Positions 1 through 10,049 are shown, counted from the stretch's first letter. The stretch is DNA of 64,000 nucleotides from Alphaproteobacteria bacterium (GCA_965243135.1 OZ251539.1:4672001-4736000), one strand, 5' to 3'. A program made the numbers and translations. The notes: generated by a model from the letters alone, not told the origin.

Positions 1-201
1 CTGGACGTCGCGACGCTCCTGCTGCTGGCCGTGTTGACCTTCGCCGCGGTTCGGTCGTTCGAGTTCGCCGCCGGCCAGACCAGCGACGGGCTCCAGATCC
101 CGCTTCAGTACCCTTACGCGGTTCTCCCGCTCGCTTTCGGGGCGGCGCTGCTTCTTCTCGCCGTCCGCCTCAAACGCGGATTCAGGAAGGAGCGGGAGTG
201 A
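1..201 (+). CDS. TRAP transporter small permease (DctQ), 3' part, truncated by window edge
   Basis: Frame 1 is open from base 1 to TGA at 199-201 and gives hydrophobic LDVATLLLLAVLTF...QTSDGLQIPLQYPYAVLPLAFG; GTGA overlap with the DctM gene. Confidence 0.8.
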   Translation: MDVATLLLLAVLTFAAVRSFEFAAGQTSDGLQIPLQYPYAVLPLAFGAALLLLAVRLKRGFRKERE

Positions 202-1484
202 GCCTCGCTCTCTTCGTCGCGTCTTTTCTGTTTCTCCTGTTCGCGGGCCTGCCGGTCGCGTGGACCATGGTCGCCTCCTCCGTCGTATGGCTGGCCGCGA
301 GCGGGCAGATGGCGTTTCTCGCGGTTCTGCCGGAGCGCATCTTCCAGGGAATCGACGTATTCGTCCTGATGGCGATCCCGCTGTTCGTGCTGGCGGGCGA
401 ACTCGTCAACGAGGGCCGCATCACGGACAGGCTGGTCGCGTTCGCGAACGTGCTGTTCGGCTGGATGCCGGGCGGACTGGCGCAAGTGAACATCGGCACG
501 TCCATCCTGTTTTCCGGCATCACGGGCGTCGCGCTGGGCGATATCGCGGCGCTCGGCAAGGTGTTCATTCCGTCGATGGCGAAAAACGGCTATTCGCCGG
601 CCTACGCCGCGGCCGTGACGGCTTCCTCGTCGATAATCGGACCCATGGTCCCGCCGTCGCTGATCGTCGTGATCTACGGCTCGATAACGGGCGTGTCCAT
701 CGGCGCGCTGTTCGCCGCCTGCGTGGTTCCGGGCCTCCTGATCGGGTTCTGTCAGATGGCGCTCGTCTGGTTTCAGGCGCGAAGGCGAGGCTTCGTCGGC
801 GTGGAGGTCGACCGTTCCCTGCCCGCGGTCGCGACGTCGGCCCGGCGGGCGCTGCCTCCCCTGCTGGTCCCGGTCATCGTATTGGCCGGCATTCTGGGCG
901 GCGTCATGACTCCGACCGAAGCGGGCGGGCTCGCCGCCTTTTACGCCTTGGCGATCGCGGTCCTTCTTTATCGCTCGATAGGCTTGCGGCAGTTCCTGTC
1001 GGCGCTCGAGCGGTCCGCCGTCTTCTCGTCCCAGCTGCTGATCATCGTCGGATGCGGCGCCGTTTTCACCTGGGTGATGGGCATGGAAAACGTGCCGTCG
1101 CTGGTCGAGCGGACGGTGAAGGAATTCGACGTCCATCCCGTTCTGCTGCTGTTGACGCTGAATCTCGTCATGCTCGTCCTCGGAATGTTCGTCGATCCGA
1201 CTGCCGCCATCATCCTGTTCGTGCCGATTCTGGGGGCGATGGCGCAAGCCGCGGGCGTCGACCCGGTTCATTTCGGCGCCATCGCCATCCTGAATCTCAA
1301 TATCGGCCTCCTGACGCCGCCGCTGGGCGTCTGCCTTTTCGCGGCTGAGCGCATCGCCGGCTGCGGCCTCGCGGCGCTGCTGCGCGAGACCTGGCCTTTT
1401 TTGACCGTCAGCCTGGTCGCGTTGGTCCTCGTGACCTGCCTGCCGCAGCTCAGCCTGTGGCTGCCGCGCGCGATCGGGCTGTGA
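198..1484 (+). CDS. TRAP transporter large permease (DctM)
   Basis: 428 aa, highly hydrophobic; AIPLFVLAGEL, GGLAQVN, IGPMVPPS, TPTEAG and LTPPLG motifs. Confidence 0.95.
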   Translation: MSLALFVASFLFLLFAGLPVAWTMVASSVVWLAASGQMAFLAVLPERIFQGIDVFVLMAIPLFVLAGELVNEGRITDRLVAFANVLFGWMPGGLAQVNIGTSILFSGITGVALGDIAALGKVFIPSMAKNGYSPAYAAAVTASSSIIGPMVPPSLIVVIYGSITGVSIGALFAACVVPGLLIGFCQMALVWFQARRRGFVGVEVDRSLPAVATSARRALPPLLVPVIVLAGILGGVMTPTEAGGLAAFYALAIAVLLYRSIGLRQFLSALERSAVFSSQLLIIVGCGAVFTWVMGMENVPSLVERTVKEFDVHPVLLLLTLNLVMLVLGMFVDPTAAIILFVPILGAMAQAAGVDPVHFGAIAILNLNIGLLTPPLGVCLFAAERIAGCGLAALLRETWPFLTVSLVALVLVTCLPQLSLWLPRAIGL

Positions 1485-2089
1485 GCGGCGGAATGCGGAA
1501 GCGCGCGGATCTCGCCGGCGAAGCGAAGGGCCTGCGCATCGGCGAACGCCTGTCGCAGATCAGGAAAGCCAAGGGGCTTACCCTCGCCCGGCTGAGCGAG
1601 ACGACGGCGATTTCGGAAGCCACGCTGTCGCGCGCCGAAAACGGCATCTCGCCCCTCAACGCGCACAACTTGTACATCCTCGCCAGGGTGCTGGACGTCG
1701 ACGTGGTGTCTTTCTTCCGGTCGGACGCCGAGACTTTCGCGAGAGGGAAGCGCGCGATAACGAAAGCCGGCGAAGGGGAGCGCGGGTCGACGCAGCGCTA
1801 CGACCTCGAACTGCTGTGCGCCGAATTGTCGGCGAAGAGGATGGTGCCCAGCCGGAACCGGATCACCGCCCGCTCCCTGGAGGAAGCCGGCGGCCTGCGC
1901 GCTCACGAGGGGGAGGAATTCCTGTACGTTCTGTCGGGCGAGGTGGCGATCTACACGGATCTGTACGCGCCCGCGATCATGGAAACGGGGGACAGCATGT
2001 ATTTCGACGGAAACACGGCGCACGCTTACGTAGCGACGGGCGACGGCCCGGCCGAGATACTCGTGGTCACGACGGTCGATCATGGATGA
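1481..2089 (+). CDS. XRE-family HTH transcriptional regulator with C-terminal cupin
   Basis: IGERLSQIRKAKGLTLARLSETTAISEATLSRAENG HTH; HEGEEFLYVLSG and GDSMYFDG..H cupin; start at GTG 1481 or ATG 1493. Confidence 0.9.
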   Translation: MSGGMRKRADLAGEAKGLRIGERLSQIRKAKGLTLARLSETTAISEATLSRAENGISPLNAHNLYILARVLDVDVVSFFRSDAETFARGKRAITKAGEGERGSTQRYDLELLCAELSAKRMVPSRNRITARSLEEAGGLRAHEGEEFLYVLSGEVAIYTDLYAPAIMETGDSMYFDGNTAHAYVATGDGPAEILVVTTVDHG

Positions 2090-2540
2090 CGGGTACGCCC
2101 ACGTCTGCTCGATACGGATCGCCCGTCCCGCGGAGACCGTTCTGGCGTTTCTGAGCGCGCCCGAGCTGTTGTCGAGCTGGGCGGCGGGCATGGGGCGCGC
2201 AAAGATCCACGACGATGGGCTTGTCGAGGGCGCGTTTCCGGATACGGGCGAACCGATCTGGGCGCGGATCGACGCGGATCCGAAGCGCAATGCGATTCAT
2301 TACCATCTCGGCCCGGAACCCTCGTCTCTGGCGCCGCGAATCGAGATACGAATCGTTCCCGGACCGGTCCTGGAGTCCGATGCCGACTCCTGCGTCGTCT
2401 CGATGATCGCGTGGCGGCAGAACGGCATGGACGACGTTCGTTGGCGAAGCCTCAAATCCGGCCACGAAGCCGAAATCCTCGAAATCAAGAGGCTGATCGA
2501 AAGCCAAAAATACCGGGTACAAAAAGGGTGCTTCTGCTAG
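2082..2540 (+). CDS. SRPBCC/START-like fold protein
   Basis: SIRIARPAETVLAFLSAPELLSSW N-terminus and C-terminal helix EILEIKRLIES typical of SRPBCC proteins. Confidence 0.65.
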   Translation: MDDGYAHVCSIRIARPAETVLAFLSAPELLSSWAAGMGRAKIHDDGLVEGAFPDTGEPIWARIDADPKRNAIHYHLGPEPSSLAPRIEIRIVPGPVLESDADSCVVSMIAWRQNGMDDVRWRSLKSGHEAEILEIKRLIESQKYRVQKGCFC

Positions 2541-2610
2541 TGGAGCTGCTAGAAATAAAAGTACCCCATCCATGGGAACAAACGATCTATTGCTCACCTG
2601 ACCATGCTTC

Positions 2611-2640
2611 TTGACAGTACCATCGAGACCGTGCTATGAA
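2611..2640 (+). promoter_or_regulatory. Putative sigma70 promoter of the island gene at 2698
   Basis: TTGACA at 2611-2616; TG-C-TATGAA extended -10-like element ending at 2640. Confidence 0.45.
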
Positions 2641-2697
2641 CATTCAAGTAATCCATTTTGAGGAAATTCTGACTGAATTTTCGCACGACAAATTTGG

Positions 2698-4188
2698 ATG
2701 TTATGGTATCCTGAATGGATTAGGGATGAGGATCAAGAAATCATGAAGGATCAAACATATCAATTGTTGCATAATTTTTCCAACTTTGTCGCAGTTGGCG
2801 ATTGTTGGGATGCTGCGCGAGAATTAATGGCTACGCATCAGATAATTGAGGTTTCTGAGACCGAAGAATTTATTTTAGGAATCAAGAAATTATCAGAAAT
2901 TGCGAGAAAAGGTGATGACATTGATCGTCTCATTGCAATCGATCTAATCGTTCGCATTTCTAAATTTGTAAAAAAATTGCGCCCGAAATCGGAGGAAGCG
3001 CTTCGTCAAATTCTAACGGATAATATACCGCCTTCTTCATTGTTATCAAACACAAAAAAAATCCCAGAGGGAGCGAAGCCAGCAGAACTACGCGAGAATT
3101 TGGCAATAGCGCTGAGCTATGCATCAGGAAATTGGGTCGTTCCATATGTTGTGCGTTCCTTGTTGGAGGAAGATCGTTCACAAAGATGTCGTATGGAATT
3201 AGCTCGCCAACTAGCCACACGAGAAAAATCTATTGACAAATGGTTGCTTTCAGTAATTAATTTTCTTATGAAAGGCGTAAACGAAAAGGAAAGAAATGTC
3301 GAAATCGCCGTGACAAGACTGCGCGATACTACAACAGCGCTTCTTGGTGCCGCGAGAGAAAACCGGAATAATCTCGGGATATCGGGAAACTCCGGCGTTA
3401 ATTTTTCTAAGATGTGTTCCCTTTTCACGCCAAATTCGTCGTTTGCTAAACGCCCAAAATCTCTAGAGTCTTGTTCAATTGAAGTAGCGCGCTTTCTGGA
3501 TGAAATATTTGCTAATAAACTCATGCTTATCGTGGAACCAGAAGCGTACTCTGTGTTGGATATAATTCAAAAATGGTGGCAACCACTTTCTTATCCACAA
3601 CGATTGCGAAATGCATTAGATCCAATAAAGGATAAAATACTTACTGGTATCACATTAAGAGCCCGCTGGGGGCAGAAATCTGATAAGCTTCGATCTCGTC
3701 TCGGACAGGCATATGGCGATCAACGGTTAGCATTTAATCGTCTTGAACAAATTGCAACGGAGGAAACAGGTCTTCCTTCAGATATTGATGATTGGTTGAG
3801 GGGGCGTCGTCGAAAGACGAGCGGCGTAGAAAATGCGACTCTCGCTCTTCAATCAGTGGAAGAAGATAGTTTAATTGATGCTTTTGCACCGCTGCTTCTT
3901 GAAGCGGAAGTCGTACTGAAATCTAGACTCGATCCTTCGTTGTCTAATGAAAATCGAACCAGTCTTCGACTCGCAGAAAATGTAAGATCTTTGGCGATAA
4001 GACATGGATTAGAAGTTGTTGGAGAACGAGATGAAATAGTGGAATATCTGCCAGTATGTCATCAGACTTCTTCGGGTGAAATACCACCGGATCCGTCTGT
4101 TAAAATCGTTCGTCCCATGGTGGTGCGCAAGCGATACGATGGAAGTGAAGACGTTGTTGTTAAGGCAATTGTAACCGCGGTATCATGA
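2698..4188 (+). CDS. Hypothetical 496-aa helical protein with GrpE-like C-terminal beta-domain
   Basis: AT-rich ORF; C-terminus HGLEVVGERDEIVEYLPVCHQ...PSVKIVRPMVVRKRYDGSEDVVVKAIV parallels the C-terminus of the GrpE in this window (HGIGRIDPAGEKFDPRFHE...GTVVQVLEVGYRIHDRLLRPAKV); start could be ATG 2743. Confidence 0.7.
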   Translation: MLWYPEWIRDEDQEIMKDQTYQLLHNFSNFVAVGDCWDAARELMATHQIIEVSETEEFILGIKKLSEIARKGDDIDRLIAIDLIVRISKFVKKLRPKSEEALRQILTDNIPPSSLLSNTKKIPEGAKPAELRENLAIALSYASGNWVVPYVVRSLLEEDRSQRCRMELARQLATREKSIDKWLLSVINFLMKGVNEKERNVEIAVTRLRDTTTALLGAARENRNNLGISGNSGVNFSKMCSLFTPNSSFAKRPKSLESCSIEVARFLDEIFANKLMLIVEPEAYSVLDIIQKWWQPLSYPQRLRNALDPIKDKILTGITLRARWGQKSDKLRSRLGQAYGDQRLAFNRLEQIATEETGLPSDIDDWLRGRRRKTSGVENATLALQSVEEDSLIDAFAPLLLEAEVVLKSRLDPSLSNENRTSLRLAENVRSLAIRHGLEVVGERDEIVEYLPVCHQTSSGEIPPDPSVKIVRPMVVRKRYDGSEDVVVKAIVTAVS

Positions 4189-4220
4189 TGCCAACGCGCT
4201 AACCGAAAAAGGGGGTGTCC

Positions 4221-5050
4221 ATGGAAAATATGATCGGGTTGGATAGGCCAGCGCTTCTTTCAAGTGTACTAGATGAACGGTCAAGAAACCCCTTAGGTTG
4301 CGGCGTGATCAGGTAGTGTCTTTTTTCGAGTCGTTGCCGTATGTGGCGATGGAGACCTGCGTCAGCGCTCATCACTGGGGTCGGCGTCTGAGAGATACGA
4401 GGTAGAACTTTTCCGGCCCAGATCCTTACCTCAAATAGAACAAGAACGACGCACTGACAGCGAGGCGGTACAACGCCCGCAATTGCCGTCCCGAGGAGCA
4501 AGGACGTACACGGCGTGCTGTCGTTTCACAGGACGCCGAAAATGTTGGCTAAGTAGGGTGCCTAGAACTCCGACGAGTGCGCGGAGTTCGGCGTGGTCGC
4601 ATTCCAGAACTGTGCCGATGTGAACCAGCCGGTTCATCCGGGACGACAGCCTGCTGCCTGAAGAAGCTCGCTTGGCGACGTCGGTCAACCTTTTCGATCA
4701 GATCTGGAAGACCGCCGAGATGCAGGAGGCTCCGCGGAGTTGCACAGCGAGTTAGGCGACAATTCGAAAAAACTCCAGACGTCAGCGTGGCCACCGCGCT
4801 GACGGCATCGCTCGGGCTAGTGCCGCGGCAGAACGGTCCCGGTTCACCGTATCTGAAGGTGCTCATGGAAACAGTGAACTAGGTCGCCGTGGCGATTGCC
4901 AACCGAAACGTACGAATCGCTCGGGTGATGGTCCACAGCGTCCAATCTTATAGACCAAGGATTGCCGAGTCTCCAACCATACAGGCGCAGGCCGAAGTTC
5001 ACCCGTAAGTTGCATCCGAAAAATGCTTGCAACCCGTGGACGTCCATGCA
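4221..5050 (+). mobile_element. Degenerate IS110-family (IS1111-like) element remnant
   Basis: Broken frames still give IS110 motifs: MIGLD, LRRDQVVSFFESLP, AMETCVSAHHWGRRL, NKND, AEFGVV, LGLVPRQN, VAVAIANRNVRI; right end GCTTGCAACCCGTGGACGTCCATGCA resembles IS1111-type ends. Confidence 0.75.
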
Positions 5051-5090
5051 AGTATGTGATGCATCCATTGAATCAGCAGAGGCGATAACC

Positions 5091-6671
5091 ATGCCGGATA
5101 TTAATCGCGCGGCTTTTGATATTCTGGGACCAAACGAGGACGAATTAAGAATTTGTTTGGATTTTGGTACTGCCATGTCGAAAGCATGGGCATCAAGATA
5201 TTCTGATGACAGTACCATACCCCTTGTATTGGGAAGGGCGGCCGGCGAGGGTAATGAGTTGGCGGTCCCTTCGTCTATATTTATTTCTCAATCTGGAAAG
5301 ATTTTCTTTGGAAGGCAAGCGGAAATTCAACATAGAAAGGAAATAGGAAATCGGCGCCGAAGATTTGATAACTTGAAATCAGTTCTTTGCGAATCAAAAG
5401 TTGATCGAGAACTTGACGAGATAGGAGTATCGCGAGAAATTGATCCAACGGGTTCTCTTACAATAGGTGGTTTGTTAACTCTATATATTGCTTGGTTAAC
5501 TGATCTTTCTCTTGTAGAATTGGAACGGCAGATACATGCAGCAAATGAACCCAACTCTAGCGGACAAAATCCGAACAATCTTCGCTATGTTCGTAGGAGA
5601 TTTGCTATCCCATGCTTTGAAAATTCTTATGACGAATCTGTTGGTGGGGATCGACGGGCTCGATGGGCAAGAAAAATAATGAGGAAAGCATTGCTTCGGG
5701 CTCAAATTATCGCCGATACATTGAATGGGCATTGGGACGATCTAACAGTATACGATGCTTTGAGATTATTTGAAACCGTCCGGGGCATGGAAATTTCTAG
5801 GTGTGATCGATTGCTAGCAAGGGACGCCTCAGTTCGGGAGCCAGTTGCTGCAGGAGCATCGCGATTTGAAGAAATGATTACCGAAGGTAAGGCTAGGAGG
5901 ATGCTGCTAGTAATCGATGCGGGCGCAGGGACCACGGATTTTGCTATTTTTCAGGTTTTTTCTGATCAAGAAACGCGGTACGCATTAATTTCATCCGGGG
6001 TTTCTATGTGTCTAATTGCAGGAAATAGAGTCGATCAGGTTTTAATGGAAGTCATTCTTGATGAATGTGGCGTTGATTTAGCTCAAAATAACAAGGAGGA
6101 TAGAGAATCTTTCAAATGGGAACTGGAATCAAATCTCCGAAACATAAAGCAAATCCTGTTTCAGGAAAAGCGAGCAAGAATAGATTTTTTGTCAGATGTC
6201 ACGGGGGAATTGCATATTGACACTCTTCTCGAAGATCATAGATATATGAAATTAGGAGAGGAATTGTGCACAATCCGCGATAGGCTAATTGATGACCTTT
6301 TTCGAAAAAATCCTAAAGAATTGGATGATCTAAAAAAGCATATGCAAATGCTAAGTAAACCGTTTCCTATACATGTATTGCTGACGGGAGGTAGTGGTGA
6401 GCAGCCAATAATAAAAGATTTAGCCAAAGGTCATATTGTAGTTGACGGATTAAATATTGAATTTAAGGAGGTTCGGGCTCTGCCAAATTGGATCAATGAT
6501 CTACAGCGTGATCAGGCGGAATTAGTTGCTAGGGCATATCCGCAATGTGCGGTCTCTATAGGTGGTTCGGCTCGCGAAGTTCCCCAAGAACGAAACGATT
6601 TAGTTTCCATGGTGAATCCCGCAGCGCCAGGAGAGAGACGACTTGAAGGCAATTACATGAAGGGCGTATAA
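5091..6671 (+). CDS. Atypical Hsp70/actin-fold ATPase (nucleotide-binding domain only)
   Basis: CLDFGTAMSK, VREPVAAG, VIDAGAGTTD, VLLTGGSG and PQCAVSIGG correspond in order to DnaK motifs [35 protein letters not shown] and PDEVVAIGA; GAGG RBS before ATG 5091. Confidence 0.85.
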   Translation: MPDINRAAFDILGPNEDELRICLDFGTAMSKAWASRYSDDSTIPLVLGRAAGEGNELAVPSSIFISQSGKIFFGRQAEIQHRKEIGNRRRRFDNLKSVLCESKVDRELDEIGVSREIDPTGSLTIGGLLTLYIAWLTDLSLVELERQIHAANEPNSSGQNPNNLRYVRRRFAIPCFENSYDESVGGDRRARWARKIMRKALLRAQIIADTLNGHWDDLTVYDALRLFETVRGMEISRCDRLLARDASVREPVAAGASRFEEMITEGKARRMLLVIDAGAGTTDFAIFQVFSDQETRYALISSGVSMCLIAGNRVDQVLMEVILDECGVDLAQNNKEDRESFKWELESNLRNIKQILFQEKRARIDFLSDVTGELHIDTLLEDHRYMKLGEELCTIRDRLIDDLFRKNPKELDDLKKHMQMLSKPFPIHVLLTGGSGEQPIIKDLAKGHIVVDGLNIEFKEVRALPNWINDLQRDQAELVARAYPQCAVSIGGSAREVPQERNDLVSMVNPAAPGERRLEGNYMKGV

Positions 6672-6775
6672 AGTATTAGTCAGGGAACAAGGCTGTTGGC
6701 CGGACTGCTTCACTCGGGATGGGCGGGAGAGCTTGTTGTTGCAATGACTTCCAATCGCGAGACCTTGGAACAAAG

Positions 6776-8032
6776 TCAGTCCGCAGCGTCGGCGAGACCG
6801 ACGAGCGTTTCAGCGAGTACCCGTGCCCCGTCCGCGAGATCTTCCGGCGCGGCATTTTCCGCTTCGTTGTGACTGATGCCTTTCTCGCAGGGGACGAATA
6901 TCATCCCGGTCGGGCACACGAAATGCAGTTGGCGCGCATCGTGCCCCGCTCCGGAGAACATTCGCATGGCCGGGAGGCCGAGACGGTCGGCGGCGGCCTC
7001 GACGGCGTCCACCACCAGCGGTTCGAACTCGATGGAATCCGCCTCGGCGATGCGCCATGCCTCGACGTCGCACGCAACCGACCGGTCGCGGCAGATCCCG
7101 TCGACTTCCGAGGCGAGCCGTTCGAGCAGCGCCGAATCGGGGTGGCGAATGTCGATCGAAAACACGGCGCCGCTCGCCACCACGGAGGGCACGTTGGGCT
7201 CGGGCAGCATCATGCCTACGGTGAACCGCACGTCTTCGTCGGCATGAAGCTGGTCGTGCAGGGCGGACACCATGCGGGCGGCCTCCCAGAGAGCGTCCTT
7301 GCGCGCCGCGCGCGGGGTCGTTCCTGCGTGCGCTTCCTCTCCCGTCACCCTGACGCGCATTCGCCTTACGCCTTGAATGCCGGTCACGATGCCGATGGTC
7401 TTTCCCAGCCTTTCGAGTTCCGGCCCCTGCTCGATATGGGCTTCGACGAACGCGGCGACAGGGCGGCCGAGCGGAAGTTCCCCGGCATCCGGCGTTGCGG
7501 CTAGCGCCGCCGGCAGCGCGTCGCGGACGGGCGTGCCGTCCCGATCCCTTACCGTGAGGATCTCCTCCATGCCGCGCAACCCGGCGAAGGCTTCGGAGCC
7601 CATCATGCCCGGCGCGAAACGCGACCCTTCCTCGTTCATCCAGGCGGCGACCTCGATGGACCGCCGGGTCGCGACGCCCGCGTCGTTCAGGGCTTCGACC
7701 GCTTCGATCCCGGCGAGCACGCCGTATGCGCCGTCGAACTTGCCGCCGGTCGGCTGGCTGTCGATATGCGACCCGGTCATGACGGGCGGCAAGCCGGGGT
7801 CGCTGCCGTCCCGCCGCAGGAACAGGTTGCCTGCCGCGTCGACGAAAACGCCGAGGCCGAGTTCCGCGGCCCAGGAGGCCAGTCGGCCTCGCGCCTCGAT
7901 TTCTTCCGTGGAAAGCGCCTGCCGGTTGACGCCGCCCTTTCCGGTCGCGCCGAACTGCGCGAGCTCCATATGACGCCGCCACAGACGGGCCTCGTCGACG
8001 AAGCCGGAGACGATGCGCGGGCTTTCCGGCAC
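6776..8032 (-). CDS. M20-family Zn-dependent amidohydrolase (N-carbamoyl-amino acid/ureide hydrolase type)
   Basis: GSHIDSQPTGGKFDG, NEEGSRF, EAHIEQGP, SGAGHDA and SHNEAE motifs. Confidence 0.93.
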   Translation of the reverse strand: MPESPRIVSGFVDEARLWRRHMELAQFGATGKGGVNRQALSTEEIEARGRLASWAAELGLGVFVDAAGNLFLRRDGSDPGLPPVMTGSHIDSQPTGGKFDGAYGVLAGIEAVEALNDAGVATRRSIEVAAWMNEEGSRFAPGMMGSEAFAGLRGMEEILTVRDRDGTPVRDALPAALAATPDAGELPLGRPVAAFVEAHIEQGPELERLGKTIGIVTGIQGVRRMRVRVTGEEAHAGTTPRAARKDALWEAARMVSALHDQLHADEDVRFTVGMMLPEPNVPSVVASGAVFSIDIRHPDSALLERLASEVDGICRDRSVACDVEAWRIAEADSIEFEPLVVDAVEAAADRLGLPAMRMFSGAGHDARQLHFVCPTGMIFVPCEKGISHNEAENAAPEDLADGARVLAETLVGLADAAD

Positions 8033-8033
8033 G

Positions 8034-8918
8034 TCAGTCTTTCAAGCCGGACAACAGAGCGGACGCGCCCGCGTAAGGTTTCTTTTCGGTCCAGCGGCCC
8101 GCTTCGACCGTCGCGAAGAACTCGGAGAGAACGGCGTTGAACATGCCGGGTTCTTCGAGATTGATCGTATGGCCGGTCCTGGGAACGACCCAAAGCCCGG
8201 CCGCCGGAATGGTCCGCTTCAGAAAGAGGCCAGGTTCGAGGCACCAGTCGTCTTCGTCGCCGTTCACGATCAGCGTCGGGACCTTCATTTCCCTGAGCCG
8301 GTCTTCGAGGTCGTAAAGCGAAGGACGCAGTTTCTGCACGCCCCGCATGGTGAGCGCCGCGCCTCTGGCGGAATGCTTCGCGAGCGTGTCGCGGAATTCC
8401 GCCCATCCCCGGGGATCCTTCTCCCTGAACTGCAGGCGATACGCGCCGCCTGCGTACATCTGCGCCATGGCTTCCGCGCCCGCCTTGTCGTATTCCGCCG
8501 CCAGCGTCTCCGAATCCGCCGCGTATCGTTCGCGCTGGTCGCGGGCGGCGCCGTAACCGCAGGCGGCGACCGTCAGCGACCGCGCCATCGCGGCGTATCG
8601 AAGCCCGAAATGAAGCGCGGCGAAGCCGCCCATGGACATACCCACGACATGGGCGCGGTCGACATCCGCCGCCCGAAGCACGGCCGCGATGTCGTCGGTC
8701 GCGTGATCCTGGGAATAGAGAGCCTGATCTTCAGGCACGTCCGACGGCGGATAGCCGCGCGCATTGAAGGCGATGCAACGGTAGCGGCGCGAGAAATACC
8801 GGATCTGGGGTTCCCAGCTCAGAAGATCGTCGGCGAATTCGTGGACGAAGATAATCGGAATCCCGGCGCCGGCGTCTTCGTAATACAGGCGGACGCCGCC
8901 GCTGTCGGCGTACGGCAT
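8034..8918 (-). CDS. Alpha/beta-fold hydrolase
   Basis: IIFVHEF, NARGYPPS, GMSMGG nucleophile elbow, GDED, GHTINLEEP. Confidence 0.9.
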   Translation of the reverse strand: MPYADSGGVRLYYEDAGAGIPIIFVHEFADDLLSWEPQIRYFSRRYRCIAFNARGYPPSDVPEDQALYSQDHATDDIAAVLRAADVDRAHVVGMSMGGFAALHFGLRYAAMARSLTVAACGYGAARDQRERYAADSETLAAEYDKAGAEAMAQMYAGGAYRLQFREKDPRGWAEFRDTLAKHSARGAALTMRGVQKLRPSLYDLEDRLREMKVPTLIVNGDEDDWCLEPGLFLKRTIPAAGLWVVPRTGHTINLEEPGMFNAVLSEFFATVEAGRWTEKKPYAGASALLSGLKD

Positions 8919-8919
8919 C

Positions 8920-9711
8920 CTAAAGCGCCTTTACCTGTCCGCCGTCGATATCGAACATCGCGCCGGTCGCGTAGCTTGCCCGCGCAGAAGCCAGAAAGAC
9001 TACGAAAGAAGCCAGCTCCCGGGGCTGGCCGTAGCGCTTCAGAACCGTTTCGCCGGCAAGAACGGCCGTTGCTTCCTCCACCGATACGCCGTCTTCCTTC
9101 GCTTTCTCCTCCGCGAGATAGACCATTCGTTGCGTCGCGAAAGGGCCGGGATTGACGACGTTGGACAGAATTCCGTGCGGCCCGCCCTCTTCCGCGAGCG
9201 CCTTGCTGACGTTCTGGAGCGCCGCGTTGCAGAAGCCGGCCGTGATCGCGTGCGCATGCGGCTGCCGGCCGTGGGTGCCCGCGATGAACAGGATTCGTCC
9301 GCCGTTCCCGCGCTTCGCCATTCCCAAGAAGACCTCACGGGCGAGGCGGATCTGGGCGAGAATCTTCACTTCGACCGCGTCCCGCCACTGCCGGTCCGTC
9401 ATTTCCGCGAAGGGAGCCGTCGCCGCGCCGCCCGAATTGGCCACCACGATGTCGATGCCGCCGAACCGAGTTTCCGCTTCGCGGACCATTCGAACGACAG
9501 CGTCGGCGTCGGTCATGTCGGCGACGATGCCGTGGACCTCGCCGCCGGTCGCCGACCTCAAGCGCTCGACGGCGCCGGCTAGACGGTCGGCGTTTCGGGC
9601 GGAGACGACAACCCGCGCGCCCTCGGCCGCGAATTCCTCGGCGACGAAGACGCCGAGGCCGCCGCTGGCCGCCGATACCAAGGCCGTCTTGCCCTTCAGT
9701 TCCAAGTCCAT
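8920..9711 (-). CDS. SDR-family oxidoreductase
   Basis: MDLELKGKTALVSAASGGLG, DIVVANSG, VNPGPFAT, ASYATGAMFDIDGG. Confidence 0.9.
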   Translation of the reverse strand: MDLELKGKTALVSAASGGLGVFVAEEFAAEGARVVVSARNADRLAGAVERLRSATGGEVHGIVADMTDADAVVRMVREAETRFGGIDIVVANSGGAATAPFAEMTDRQWRDAVEVKILAQIRLAREVFLGMAKRGNGGRILFIAGTHGRQPHAHAITAGFCNAALQNVSKALAEEGGPHGILSNVVNPGPFATQRMVYLAEEKAKEDGVSVEEATAVLAGETVLKRYGQPRELASFVVFLASARASYATGAMFDIDGGQVKAL

Positions 9712-10049
9712 GGCCTTCCGCTCCGCATCTTCGATACAGGCATTTTTCACTTTCCCCCGGAAGCCGTCCGAAAGCAACAGCGGGAAGAGGGAACCTTGCA
9801 GGGCCGCCCGGGCCGGCTTTCCGTCCCGCGCGACGTTCGGGCGCGGTTGGAACGGCCGGTAGTATTTTGCGACGATGGTGGCGGCCGAGCGGGAAAAAGC
9901 CGTATTGTGAACAAGGCCGTAACACTCGGAACCGTGAGGGATCGAACCGCAGTTTGGCGGTTATCTGCGGGCGATAGGGCAGTATTGTTGCCGTGCGGGT
10001 CGTCGGCACCGTCCTGCCGGGACCGAATGAGCACGCGGAGGAGAAACGG

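Noticed and set aside
4962-5090. N-terminal extension of the Hsp70-like ORF as given in the ORF track
   Set aside because: It lies within the IS110 right-end region; ATG 5091 has an RBS and sits closer to the first ATPase motif
2571-6692. GGGAACAA near both edges of the AT-rich island as a possible att or target repeat
   Set aside because: Only 8 bp and not clearly at the composition boundaries; insufficient without an empty-site comparison
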